NCBI GenBank assembly: GCA_963709405.1
Contig: CAVPXM010000054.1
Span: forward strand, 1 to 64,000
DNA from: an uncultured Nitrososphaerales archaeon
GTDB lineage: Archaea; Thermoproteota; Nitrososphaeria; Nitrososphaerales; Nitrososphaeraceae
Reading direction: 5' to 3'
Length of the DNA: 64,000 bases
Shown: positions 35,265 through 45,493 of the stretch, piece by piece
Numbering within the stretch: position 1 is the first letter of the stretch
Layout: each line of letters begins with the position of its first letter
Notes under the pieces: model-generated
Seen by the model: the letters and a program-made list of their open reading frames with translations, nothing else
The model's database searches: none
What the model was told of the DNA's origin: nothing
Translations under genes and position numbers: made by a program

Positions 35265-35378
35265 ATGGCCTATATGAAAGTCTGCTCAACCTGCAAAGGT
35301 GCTGGTTTAATACTATGAGTAGATGAAAGTAATATTAATAAATTAGTCATTGAGGACTGTCCAGATTGTAATTGTTGA
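35265..35378 (+). pseudogene. Tiny CxxCxGxG...CxxC zinc-finger ORF with internal TGA
   Basis: MAYMKVCSTCKGAGLIL*VDESNINKLVIEDCPDCNC; TTTATATA box at ~35236. Confidence 0.5.
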
Positions 35379-35556
35379 CACCAAGCTGTGTCGATAAGAG
35401 ATGCTTTTCATGGTTAACTTCTTGCAAATGAGTTCTACAAGAAGTCTCTTCGTCGTATAATAGTTAAAATATCAGGTTTATTTTAAAAATGTGGTGAATC
35501 CGTTTTATAATATTTATATAACTGGGATATCATAATAATATTACTTATTCTTTAAG

Positions 35557-36465
35557 ATGATGAAAAATTCAACTATATGTAAAATGTGTAATAAAGACGG
35601 TAAGACCATAACAGATCCTGAGTCAGGAGAAATCATCTGCAGTAATTGTGGTATGGTCATATTGGAAAATGCTCAGGAGAATCGTGCTGAATGGCGCGCC
35701 TTTAATGTAGACGAGGCAAAAACCAGAAGCCGTGCCGGAATGCCTATATCTTTGGCAAGGCATGATATGGGACTTGCTACTATAATTGGACGAGCAGATA
35801 AAGATGCCAGTGGCCGTGGATTGGATGCTTCCGTCCGTTCTACCATGGACAGGTTGAGAGCATGGGACTTTAGAACTCAGGCCTACTCTCCTGCAGATAG
35901 AAATCTGCGTCACGCATTTAGTGTACTTGAAAGAGTTAAGGACAAACTAGCTCTATCAAATGCAATAGTGGAAAAGACTGCTTATATTTATAGAAAGGCC
36001 CAGGAAAAAGGACTGGTGCGTGGAAGAACTATACCATCAGTCTTAGCTGCATCTGTTTATATCGCCTGTAGGGAAATGGGGACTTCCAGAACACTAAACG
36101 ATATTGCAGTACTTAATAATATCAAACGTAAAGAATTGGCAAGAACTACTAGGCTTCTAATATTGGAGTTGGACCTTAGAGTACCGATGATTGATCCAAT
36201 GAAATGCATTGCGAAGGTAGCTAATAGGACAAAGCTAAGTGAGAAAACGAAGAGGTACGCAATGAATATTATGAATCATGTTACTAAAAGTGGTATATCG
36301 GCTGGCAAGGATCCGATGGGACTAGCTGGTTCAATTCTTTACCTATCTTCCAAGAATTCAGGTGAGAATATAACCCAAATAGATATCGCTGAGGCAGCTG
36401 GTGTAACTGAAGTAACGATTAGAAACCGCTTCAAGGATCTGAAAAACCGACTCGATTTAAATTAG
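35557..36465 (+). CDS. tfb: Transcription initiation factor IIB (TFB)
   Basis: Zn ribbon CxxC...GEIICSNCG, EWRAF, GLVRGR, GKDPMG, GVTEVTIRNR. Confidence 0.96.
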   Translation: MMKNSTICKMCNKDGKTITDPESGEIICSNCGMVILENAQENRAEWRAFNVDEAKTRSRAGMPISLARHDMGLATIIGRADKDASGRGLDASVRSTMDRLRAWDFRTQAYSPADRNLRHAFSVLERVKDKLALSNAIVEKTAYIYRKAQEKGLVRGRTIPSVLAASVYIACREMGTSRTLNDIAVLNNIKRKELARTTRLLILELDLRVPMIDPMKCIAKVANRTKLSEKTKRYAMNIMNHVTKSGISAGKDPMGLAGSILYLSSKNSGENITQIDIAEAAGVTEVTIRNRFKDLKNRLDLN

Positions 36466-36614
36466 ATTTTTATTCTTTGTTTTTATTGTGAATATTTTGT
36501 CTTTTGAGAGCGAATATTATTAAAGCAGAGCTAGGTTCTTAAAGGAAATGACAACAATATGATTTTTCTGCAGAATTTTAGGTAGCGAGCAAGATCATAA
36601 TTACAAGTACCTTT

Positions 36615-37175
36615 CTACTTTTGTAAACGTCCACATTTGCTACAGAATTTGGCCTTTATTAAAATCTGATGATTACATACATTACATCTTTTATAATTCT
36701 CCAGGCCTGTTGTTGACTTTGTAGATTTTCTATCATACAAGCTTTGGTGCTGCGGTTTAGGTAATGTATACTGATCCTCCTCAATTTCACTTTCTCGTCT
36801 CGTATCATTTTTTCCGACATTGCCACCAATATTTATAAAGCCACCAATCCCGAAGCCTGAATTGGGGGCGGAAGCAGAGGCCAAATCAGGCAGCATATCA
36901 CCACCTGTCGAATCCTTCATTGATGTTCCCTTCTGGATAGCATTCTTCAGTTCTAAAAGAACACGGATCATAAGAAAATTCGCAGCTGAAAAAGAAATTA
37001 GATATGTCAAGAATTTAGAACAGAATTCAGTTTCACTCATTTTTCCTTCTTTATATTGTTGGTGTGATTCTGAAAAATGTCTATATAAGTTTAGTGTATC
37101 ATTATTTTGACTTTTCAATTTCTCTGATAATGCACCTAGGACGTCTACACCAAAAGACAATACTATTCTTATCAA
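36615..37175 (-). CDS. Zinc-ribbon domain protein
   Basis: C-terminal CNVC...KAKFCSKCG. Confidence 0.75.
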   Translation of the reverse strand: MIRIVLSFGVDVLGALSEKLKSQNNDTLNLYRHFSESHQQYKEGKMSETEFCSKFLTYLISFSAANFLMIRVLLELKNAIQKGTSMKDSTGGDMLPDLASASAPNSGFGIGGFINIGGNVGKNDTRRESEIEEDQYTLPKPQHQSLYDRKSTKSTTGLENYKRCNVCNHQILIKAKFCSKCGRLQK

Positions 37176-37823
37176 CGTGGGTACTTATTAATTAATTCAT
37201 TGACTGACCGCTTTTATATTTACAAGTATGAAAAAAGATCTGGAGAAGATGATAGCGATTTAGAGATCACTCCGGGATGCATGTGACCAAAATTAGAAAC
37301 GATATACAACTAGAATTGAAAAATGTGAATATGAATATGAATACATATATTCAAGCTAAATCTTGCCATCACCATGATCAATTGATATTTATAGTCCAGT
37401 AACTTTGCCACGCTTAAAGTATCATGAAAGGTTTTTATCTAATATTTCATGTTTGACTAACACTTGCGTACCTGGTATTCATGTCAGCAATCAAGAAATC
37501 TGATATTGTGTTTGACAGATTTACTAACTTTGAAAAACTTTACTTGACAGAAAAAATTCTCTTTATCAATACACTTTATCCATCTATACATAGCATCAAC
37601 AATTAAAAGTACTGGTTGGCTGATAATTGTGCATTATCCAGGTATTCGTGACCTGTCGACTTAAGACATGAACAATGATATTGGGCTTCAAGAAAATAAA
37701 ATTAGAAGGACTTACTACGGATTGTGAAATTTTATATAATGAATAATATCTGTTGTACACATCATAAAAAGATAGGTATCTTCTACGACCTGATCTGCGT
37801 GGAGTCGAACTAAATAATGTAAT

Positions 37824-37870
37824 TACATAGTTCTACATAGATCTATACGAACTCTATCCAGAACTAAGAT
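37824..37870 (+). promoter_or_regulatory. Phased CTA(T/C)A repeats upstream of pstS (candidate phosphate-regulon operator)
   Basis: Units at 37833, 37843, 37854 and 37864 (10-11 bp spacing). Confidence 0.5.
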
Positions 37871-37895
37871 AACTAGCTATATCTTATCAAAAATA

Positions 37896-39026
37896 ATGTC
37901 AAAATGCGTTATGAAATCTGTAGTAATTGTAATAATGACTTCATTACTACTAACGGGAATCGTAACACTCAGTATGTCTGAACGGTCGTATGCCCAGCTT
38001 CTTCCTAAGCAGATGCAGACGTCCGGTCAATCAAATATTAATGGTGCAGGTGCAACCTTTCCCTTCCCATTAATTGATACATGGCGAGTACAGTACCAGA
38101 AGGTCAAGCCAGATGTGAATATTAATTATCAGTCAATTGGCAGCGGCGGAGGTATTAAGCAATTTACGGCTAAAACCGTAGATTTCGGTGCTTCAGATGC
38201 TCCGCTTTCAGCTGCGGAAAGAGCAAAAGCTCCAGGCGCGGTACACATACCAGAAACAATTGGTTCTGTAGTAGCAGCTTATAATATTCCAGGCATTCCT
38301 GATAAGGGGCTCAAGCTTACTGGTCCAATCCTTGCAGATATCTTCTTAGGTAAGATAAAGAAGTGGAATGATCCACGAATTCAATCGTTAAACCCAGACA
38401 AGAAACTTCCAGCAGCTGATATCGTGACGGTTCACAGATCAGATGGGTCAGGCACGACTTTTGTATGGACTAATTATCTGTCAGATGCAAGTCCGCAATT
38501 CAATCAGACAATTGGAGCCTCCAAGTCAGTTCAATGGCCGACTGGTGTTGGAGCTCCTGGTAATGAAGGTGTGGCAAACGCAATTAAGGGCTCACCTAAC
38601 ACTATTGGATATATAGAATTGAACTATGCTCTACAAACTAAAACACCCTACGCATTTATCCAGAATAAGGCAGGCAAGTTCATTGAACCAACCTTAGAAT
38701 CAGTCAAGCAAGCCGCAGCGGATGTAGCTGCAAAAGGCTTACCAGCTGGAGATAAATCATGGGAAAAAGTGTCATTGCTTAATGATAACGGAAGCAATGC
38801 CTATCCTATCGCAAGCTTTTCTTACTTGCTTCTGCCAAAAGACCTGGGTACCAGTGCTAATATGAACCAAGCAAAAGCAAAGGCGCTGGTTGATTTCATT
38901 AGCTGGGCAATTACTGATGGACAGAAACTAGCATCAAATCTAGGCTATGTTCCACTTCCAGACCAAGTTGTCAAGCTTAATCAAGATACAATCAAATCGC
39001 TAACGTTCAATGGAAAACCACTCTGA
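37896..39026 (+). CDS. pstS: Phosphate ABC transporter substrate-binding protein
   Basis: GAGATFP, GSGGG, DFGASD, RSDGSGTT. Confidence 0.97.
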   Translation: MSKCVMKSVVIVIMTSLLLTGIVTLSMSERSYAQLLPKQMQTSGQSNINGAGATFPFPLIDTWRVQYQKVKPDVNINYQSIGSGGGIKQFTAKTVDFGASDAPLSAAERAKAPGAVHIPETIGSVVAAYNIPGIPDKGLKLTGPILADIFLGKIKKWNDPRIQSLNPDKKLPAADIVTVHRSDGSGTTFVWTNYLSDASPQFNQTIGASKSVQWPTGVGAPGNEGVANAIKGSPNTIGYIELNYALQTKTPYAFIQNKAGKFIEPTLESVKQAAADVAAKGLPAGDKSWEKVSLLNDNGSNAYPIASFSYLLLPKDLGTSANMNQAKAKALVDFISWAITDGQKLASNLGYVPLPDQVVKLNQDTIKSLTFNGKPL

Positions 39027-39271
39027 GCCGATACTAAAATCATGACGAAGCCATGATATCAACAACTTTTTTTACATACTATATAGACTATTATGATCTA
39101 TGGTATGACTATATGTAAATCTAATATAACCATGGATTCTTCAAAAATAACGGGCGAGTATTTACGGTAAGCGGATCTATCCATCTAAATACTGACATCA
39201 AGGAAAAGGTCTCGTCTTTTCTAGTAGGTGATGGGAAAAGAAAAAAAATTGGCGATAAATTATTTCATGGT

Positions 39272-40180
39272 GTGGTCATAGGTACCGCAGCTTATACATT
39301 ATTCATTATAGTTATTGTAATGATCTCAGTCGGTTTAGGGTCGGTGAAGATCTTTTCTTATGAAGGATTTATTGGATTTGTGACTGGTACCAATTGGAAT
39401 GCAGTTGAGGGCCGCGAATCCTATGGCGCTCTACCGTATATTATCGGGACGTTAATGAGTTCAGGAATTGCATTGCTCATTGGCGTACCTATGAGTCTAG
39501 GTATAGCATACTTTCTATCCGAAATGGCCCCTACTAAAGTAAGCTCGCCATTATCTTTTGTAATAGAATTGCTAGCAGCTGTTCCAAGTATAATTTATGG
39601 TTTGTGGGCTCTCTTTGTATTTAGATTCCTGATAAAAGACTGGATAGAAACACCATTGTATAATACCCTTGGACCCTATATACCATTCTTTAACCAGGCA
39701 CCATTTGGTCTTGATGTATTTACAGCAGGGATAGTTCTTGCGATAATGATCATTCCTATAGTCTCATCGATCAGTCGAGATGTCATGAGGGCTGTTCCAA
39801 ACACTCAAAGAGAGGCAGCATACAGTCTTGGAGCTACTAGGTGGGAGACAGCGAGGATTGCGGTTTTTCCTTATGGCAAGTCCGGCTTGTTAGGAGCTTC
39901 CATTTTAGGATTTGGCAGAGCGGTAGGTGAAACCATGCTCGTTACATTGATAATTGGAAACGCAATAGGCCCTGCAGCGATTCCAACTACACTTTTCTCA
40001 CAAAGCCAGACACTCTCAAGTTTGATTGCTAATGAATTTAACGAAGCATCTTCTGATTTACAGCTATCTGCTTTAATTGGTCTTGGAGCAGTCTTACTCA
40101 TGCTAACTATGATTATTAATATTATTGCAAGGCTTATGGTTTCAAAAATGGTAAAGGTAAGCCCAGGACAGAGGGAATAA
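39272..40180 (+). CDS. pstC: Phosphate ABC transporter permease
   Basis: ELLAAVPSIIYGLW, REAAYSLGATRWE, GRAVGET; frame is open further upstream. Confidence 0.96.
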   Translation: MVIGTAAYTLFIIVIVMISVGLGSVKIFSYEGFIGFVTGTNWNAVEGRESYGALPYIIGTLMSSGIALLIGVPMSLGIAYFLSEMAPTKVSSPLSFVIELLAAVPSIIYGLWALFVFRFLIKDWIETPLYNTLGPYIPFFNQAPFGLDVFTAGIVLAIMIIPIVSSISRDVMRAVPNTQREAAYSLGATRWETARIAVFPYGKSGLLGASILGFGRAVGETMLVTLIIGNAIGPAAIPTTLFSQSQTLSSLIANEFNEASSDLQLSALIGLGAVLLMLTMIINIIARLMVSKMVKVSPGQRE

Positions 40181-40185
40181 AAAGA

Positions 40186-41181
40186 TTGAATAACAATAAT
40201 GAGCATAAGGAAGAACAAGGGAAAATATCGAAAGATAAATCCCTTAGTACTAGTATTAGTTACAGACAGGTTTTTGATGACATATCATCGAAGCACACTT
40301 CCAAGCGTAGAATTACTAACAAGATTGTTAGTATTGTTGCCATAATTTTTGTTATTGGAGCCATAATCCCGCTAGGTAGTATTTTACTAGAAGTGATAAA
40401 AAATGGCATAGCAGTAATAAGTATACAGTTTCTCACGCAACCACCAGGTTCTGTTGGTTCTGGCAGCGGTGGTATCGGCCCAGCCATTCAAGGAACGGTA
40501 ATTACTGTTGGGCTAGCATCGTTAATTGGAGCTCCTATTGGAATACTTTCTGGAATCTATCTATCAGAATATGCTCCTGCCGGAAGTGTTAAGGGCGGAA
40601 GAGAAAGAGCAGTTCGTATCTTTGCCAATACTATTAGACTATTCAATGATGTTCTCACAGGTTTGCCGTCTATAGTTATCGGTATAGTTGGGTATGTGAC
40701 TATAGTCCTTGCTATCAACTCGTTCTCTGTATGGGCTGGAGCTTTTGCTCTTTCAATAATAATGATACCTATAATATCCAGAGTAACTGAAGAAACACTA
40801 AAGTTAGTACCTAATTCACTCCGTGAGGCTGGGTATTCTCTTGGTATTTCGAAATCAAAGATTACCCTTTTTATAGTTCTCAAAAATGCCAAAGATGGAG
40901 TACTGACTGGCGTTATCTTAGCCATATCAAGAATAGCTGGAGAGACCGCTCCTCTTATAATGACTATACTCGGCACGAGCCTGTTCTTTACAGGCCTCAC
41001 GGGTCCAGTTGATGCATTACCCTTGAGAATATGGAGATTGGCCTCACAACCATATGAATCTGCGCATGCTTTTGGATGGGGTGCTGCACTTGTCCTCATA
41101 CTCATGATTCTTGTTTTAAGCGCAAGTATAAGGATAATTGCCCACGGCAAAGGCATCAGAGTAAGAACTGAGACTATATAG
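40186..41181 (+). CDS. pstA: Phosphate ABC transporter permease
   Basis: GGIGPAIQGT, GLPSIVIG, RIAGETAP. Confidence 0.96.
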   Translation: MNNNNEHKEEQGKISKDKSLSTSISYRQVFDDISSKHTSKRRITNKIVSIVAIIFVIGAIIPLGSILLEVIKNGIAVISIQFLTQPPGSVGSGSGGIGPAIQGTVITVGLASLIGAPIGILSGIYLSEYAPAGSVKGGRERAVRIFANTIRLFNDVLTGLPSIVIGIVGYVTIVLAINSFSVWAGAFALSIIMIPIISRVTEETLKLVPNSLREAGYSLGISKSKITLFIVLKNAKDGVLTGVILAISRIAGETAPLIMTILGTSLFFTGLTGPVDALPLRIWRLASQPYESAHAFGWGAALVLILMILVLSASIRIIAHGKGIRVRTETI

Positions 41182-41276
41182 TATCCTGAAAGATCATTTC
41201 ACTACTTAGTCTATATTGTTCTATATGAATTATGTAGGGAATGCATAACTATAGCGTGGTTAGTACAGATTTGTAA

Positions 41277-42131
41277 TTGAGTAGTGGTGATAGTAATAAG
41301 GAAGTTACAAGTTATGCTCCAGAGCGGAATAATATTGATAATAATGAGGTGCTGGCACCAGCAACCACACAGGCTAACATCAAGCTATCAATTCGGAATG
41401 TTAATGCATGGTTTGGAAAAAAACATGCAGTGAAAGACGTTAGTTTGGATGTTAAGGAAAATAGTGTTACAGCTTTTATCGGACCTTCTGGATGTGGTAA
41501 AACAACTCTTCTTCGTTGCATAAATCGCATGCATGAGATGACTCCAGGAGGAAAATCAGACGGTGAAGTCGTGTTGGATGGTCTTAATATCTATGATAAA
41601 TCTTCGGATCCTGCCATAATAAAACGGCGTATAGGTATGGTTTTTCAAAAGCCTAATCCTTTTCCAACCATGAGTATATATGATAATGTGGCCGCAGGAT
41701 TGAAACTTAATGGTGTTAGGGATAAAAAGCTGATCCGTGATATCGTCGAGCAGAGTCTTGTGGAAGCTGCGCTATGGGAAGAAGTAAAGAATGAACTTCA
41801 TATGCCTGGAATGGGTTTATCAGGCGGACAGCAACAGCGTCTTTGCATAGCTAGAGCACTTGCCATGCAACCTGAGATACTTCTAATGGACGAACCAACT
41901 TCTGCTTTAGATCCAATTGCATCCTCTAAAATTGAAGAGCTTGTCCAACATTTGAAAGAACATTTGACCATAATTATCGTAACTCACAATATGCAGCAAG
42001 CAGCCAGGGTGTCAGAATATACTGCATTTATGTATATCGGTGAATTAATAGAATATGACCAAACCAAAGATATATTTAAGAATCCACACAAGGAATTAAC
42101 TGAAAAGTACATTTCTGGAAGATTCGGCTAA
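41277..42131 (+). CDS. pstB: Phosphate ABC transporter ATPase
   Basis: [36 protein letters not shown]. Confidence 0.97.
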   Translation: MSSGDSNKEVTSYAPERNNIDNNEVLAPATTQANIKLSIRNVNAWFGKKHAVKDVSLDVKENSVTAFIGPSGCGKTTLLRCINRMHEMTPGGKSDGEVVLDGLNIYDKSSDPAIIKRRIGMVFQKPNPFPTMSIYDNVAAGLKLNGVRDKKLIRDIVEQSLVEAALWEEVKNELHMPGMGLSGGQQQRLCIARALAMQPEILLMDEPTSALDPIASSKIEELVQHLKEHLTIIIVTHNMQQAARVSEYTAFMYIGELIEYDQTKDIFKNPHKELTEKYISGRFG

Positions 42132-42205
42132 AAATGTATGAAATTTATGCGAACGAAATGTCATGAAGAGTCTGATAACGATGTTTTATGGAATTGTAGT
42201 CATGG

Positions 42206-42865
42206 TTGTTGTGGCTTTTGGCTAGACTGCTAGATGTAGGTTTAGATCGTATTCGTAATATAATTACGGATATGGCTAGCCTAGCTGAAATCTCGGTGTT
42301 CTCTGCTTTAGAGGCGTATCAAAGCGAAGGCAATGCAAAGAAACACATTTTTGAGCAATCAGAAAAGCTCAAAATGCTACAAGACGAGGTAACTGATCTT
42401 GCAGTAGAACTGATAGCGCGCTATCAACCTGTTGCTACTGATCTCAGGTTTATCAAGTCTTGTATGGAAGTTGCATATGGATTTTCTAGGTATGGACGCT
42501 ACTCCTATGACATTGTAGATGTACTTGAAACGCTTGGGCCTTTATCGGGTTGTGATAAGTCTGCAGTTTCAGAAATGGCAATAACTGTCAGAAAAATGAT
42601 TCTACTAAGTGTAGATGCGTTACAGTCTAGAGACAAAACGGCTGCGCAGGATCTATATCAAATGGATGACACAGTCGATACTCTTTACAGAAAATATTTG
42701 CGGGAACTTGTTTCATCCCTATCAAAAAATAGTTCAGAAGAACCACGGTGCTATATTTCGAATTTACTTATTTTAAGATACTTAGAGCGAATTTCGGATC
42801 ATGCATGTTACGTTGGAGATTCTATTTATTATATCATAACTGGTACCTCTAGTCCCAGGAGATAA
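42206..42865 (+). CDS. phoU: Phosphate signalling protein PhoU
   Basis: RYQPVATDLR, DDTVD, YLERISDH. Confidence 0.95.
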   Translation: MLWLLARLLDVGLDRIRNIITDMASLAEISVFSALEAYQSEGNAKKHIFEQSEKLKMLQDEVTDLAVELIARYQPVATDLRFIKSCMEVAYGFSRYGRYSYDIVDVLETLGPLSGCDKSAVSEMAITVRKMILLSVDALQSRDKTAAQDLYQMDDTVDTLYRKYLRELVSSLSKNSSEEPRCYISNLLILRYLERISDHACYVGDSIYYIITGTSSPRR

Positions 42866-44057
42866 CTGCCGTTACTAAATATCTAGAAATAGTATATCAA
42901 TTTATTAACATCTATAAGCATGTGATCCATTGCTTGAGTACTGTCAATATCATAGTTAATTGTTGTACTTACACAGATAGGTTACATTTTTGATTACCTA
43001 CATGGGTTACACTTTGCTGCTTGTTCTTGTACGTACGGTGGATGTAATTAATCTTTAGAAACATCTCTGATGGAGTAAGGCCATTTATTCCTCCATGTTC
43101 TCTGGTTTCGTTATATGCTTTAACAAAGATATCATATCTTATTTTACCATCATCTGTGTTTGGTATATCCTCAACTGCTAAAAACTCATTCTTTACTATC
43201 TTGTTATATGCTTCTACCTTTCGTTGTAACTGTGGATAGGAATTGGGTATTTGCTTATCCTTTATCTGATTGTGTACAAGAAAACGTCTAAATATTTTGG
43301 ATGTAAACTGTTTTCGATTATCATGCATTATCTTTCTGGGCTTGCCATTAATGATTATCCATTCTTCCAGTACGTTAATAACATCTACTGACCTCTTTCT
43401 TTCAGACCACTTGCTAGCTACTTTTCTTGAACAATCGTCCAGACAGCTAATGATGTAATTCCTTTGACTAGAATTACTCAGATAGAAAGGTCCAAGGATA
43501 TCCAACTGCGCACCTGTACCATATCGTTAGGTCGTTTCATTGCAAACCTTTTGTATATTTTATTATTCCTTGTCTTACAGTTTAGAACATTTAGACCATG
43601 TCTCTTTAGTATCTTGTATAAAGTTCGAGTGCTTAATGAGATTCCAACAACCTTTCTTAATCTAAACTTGATCCTATTACATCCAAATCTCTTGGTTAAT
43701 CGTAGATCAAGTATTGTCTCCTGTATTTCAGATGTTATCTTCTTGTACTTGATATTATGAGGTCTTCTTGAGTTATCGGATAGACCTTCTGTTCCTTTAT
43801 GTTCATATCTCTTATTCCATTTGTAATACGTCTTCCTGGAGACACTATACTTTTTACAAATATTGCTTATGGTGTCACCAGTCCATTCTTTTTCGTGGAT
43901 TAGGTTGAATCTAGTTATGATTTCTATATGTATACACTTCCTGACAGCAGAAGTGTAACCCATGTCTGTAATCCATGTGAACTATTTTAAGGATTTCTGT
44001 TTTTCTTAATCTTAGTATAGTTCACCTCTGTTTACATACACATCCAGTAGTTTTTTC

Positions 44058-44177
44058 GGATAGTAATCCATTCGAGGCTCACCCTCACTACCGTCTTTAT
44101 CCATTTGTTAAGGAGATGCCACAGTTAGCTAATCGAGGCTTCACCCTCATACAGACAGTCGTGGTTAACACCTTAAC
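44058..44177 (-). ncRNA. Putative bridge/seek RNA of the IS110 element
   Basis: Two stem-loops with 11-nt internal loops around a shared UGAGG...CCUCG hairpin; loop segments match the insertion target and one element end. Confidence 0.8.
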
Positions 44178-44209
44178 TATAATGATAATAATAATTGAAT
44201 TAATCATCA

Positions 44210-45268
44210 TCATCCTAACCTCTCATACATTCGTCTTTCTTTCATAATCCAATAAGCAACCTTCAGCAATTTGGCTGCAGCAGCTACAGCAGCTTTAGAA
44301 TTACCTTTCTTTTTTGCTATTCTATAATAGAACTGAGCTATGTTACTATTCTTTTCAGTGCGAATATGTGCGTGAACACATTCTAGCATTATCCATCGTA
44401 AGTATTTGCTACCTGCCTTTGTTATGCTGCTTCCATAATGTGTTACTCCACCAGAACTATGTGTTGATGGTACTAGACCTGCGTACGAACACAAGTGGTA
44501 CGAATCAGGAAACCTATTGATATCTCCAATTTCACTAACGATTAACAAAGCTGAATAATATCCAATACCTGGAATCGTCATCAGTAATTTAGCGATCTCA
44601 TCTTCTTTAGCAAGCAGTAGTATCCTCTTAGATACAGTATTAACTTCATCATTCAACGATTTAATAACACGAAGACAACCATTAATTCTATAATCATCAT
44701 ATCCTTCTAGTTTATCCATATTCCTTCTGGTAAATGTACTGGTACGATCGACATCTGAGGCCTCTATACCCTTCATAAGCGTAATGCTATGTACCTTATT
44801 CTTTAGTTTAGTTCTCATTCTTACAAGTGCGGATCTATGCCTAACAATGTCTCGTAGTTCCATTATTCTTTTGTTTGGAACATAGCATTCAGCTATGTAT
44901 CCTCCTCTCAGTAGATCAGCTAATTTAACCGCATCAAGTTTGTCGGTCTTTATTTTGGCCGAGGCAATAGCTCTTGTCTTGGTTGGATTGGATAATCGTA
45001 TATCTAGGTGTCTCTTTCTCAAGCATTCATAAATGTTGTACCACATACCAGACGATTCCATTACGACCTTAGCGTTATTGCCTGGACTGAGACTATCGAA
45101 GAATTCATTCACTTTTATCAGGTTATTGTCTACTCTAGAATTATCCAGTACCTTTCCTTTTTCGTCAAGAACGGCTACCTGTAGATAGTTCTTGTGAACA
45201 TCCATTCCCACAAACATACTCTTCTTACATACGCTACCGTCTGCTTTAGACTTACATAATTCGTTCAC
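44210..45268 (-). CDS. IS110-family DEDD recombinase, intact
   Basis: VGMDVH, VMES, KTDKLDA, IPGIG, SYAGLVP...SSGG. Confidence 0.95.
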   Translation of the reverse strand: MNELCKSKADGSVCKKSMFVGMDVHKNYLQVAVLDEKGKVLDNSRVDNNLIKVNEFFDSLSPGNNAKVVMESSGMWYNIYECLRKRHLDIRLSNPTKTRAIASAKIKTDKLDAVKLADLLRGGYIAECYVPNKRIMELRDIVRHRSALVRMRTKLKNKVHSITLMKGIEASDVDRTSTFTRRNMDKLEGYDDYRINGCLRVIKSLNDEVNTVSKRILLLAKEDEIAKLLMTIPGIGYYSALLIVSEIGDINRFPDSYHLCSYAGLVPSTHSSGGVTHYGSSITKAGSKYLRWIMLECVHAHIRTEKNSNIAQFYYRIAKKKGNSKAAVAAAAKLLKVAYWIMKERRMYERLG

Positions 45269-45493
45269 ATATAGTTAGCTATAATGTCACCTATGTTAGG
45301 AAGTACAACAGCTAACCAAACCAATTTATCGTGTGCTATCCACAAGTACTATCATTGTATTTAGATTTCAATCTAAATCTAATAACAGCTTGCCACGACA
45401 AATAACTCGATACTAATTAACGTATTCTATATATTCTATATAGTAGTATATAGTGCTATTAGATATATATAGGTAGTTTGTTGATACTTAGAT

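Larger units (their letters stand above)
43971..45277 (-). mobile_element. IS110-family (IS1111-type) element
   Basis: TA core at both junctions; sub-terminal IRs atgtgaactattt / aattcgttcacat; 240-bp non-coding region 3' of the recombinase. Confidence 0.9.
42961..45310 (-). mobile_element. IS481-family element (frameshifted transposase 42969..43963) carrying a nested IS110
   Basis: TGTTGTACTT...AAGTACAACA ends; left end resumes at 45278 and matches 60328-60360; flanks gttaat/gctaac are an imperfect TSD. Confidence 0.88.

Noticed and set aside
35316-35318. Selenocysteine recoding of the in-frame TGA
   Set aside because: The codon is not at a Cys-motif position, no SECIS-like hairpin is seen, and Sec machinery is not known in this lineage
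39871-41530. Antisense ORFs over pstC/pstA/pstB, and similar shadow ORFs elsewhere
   Set aside because: Reverse-frame shadows of well-supported genes with no motifs of their own
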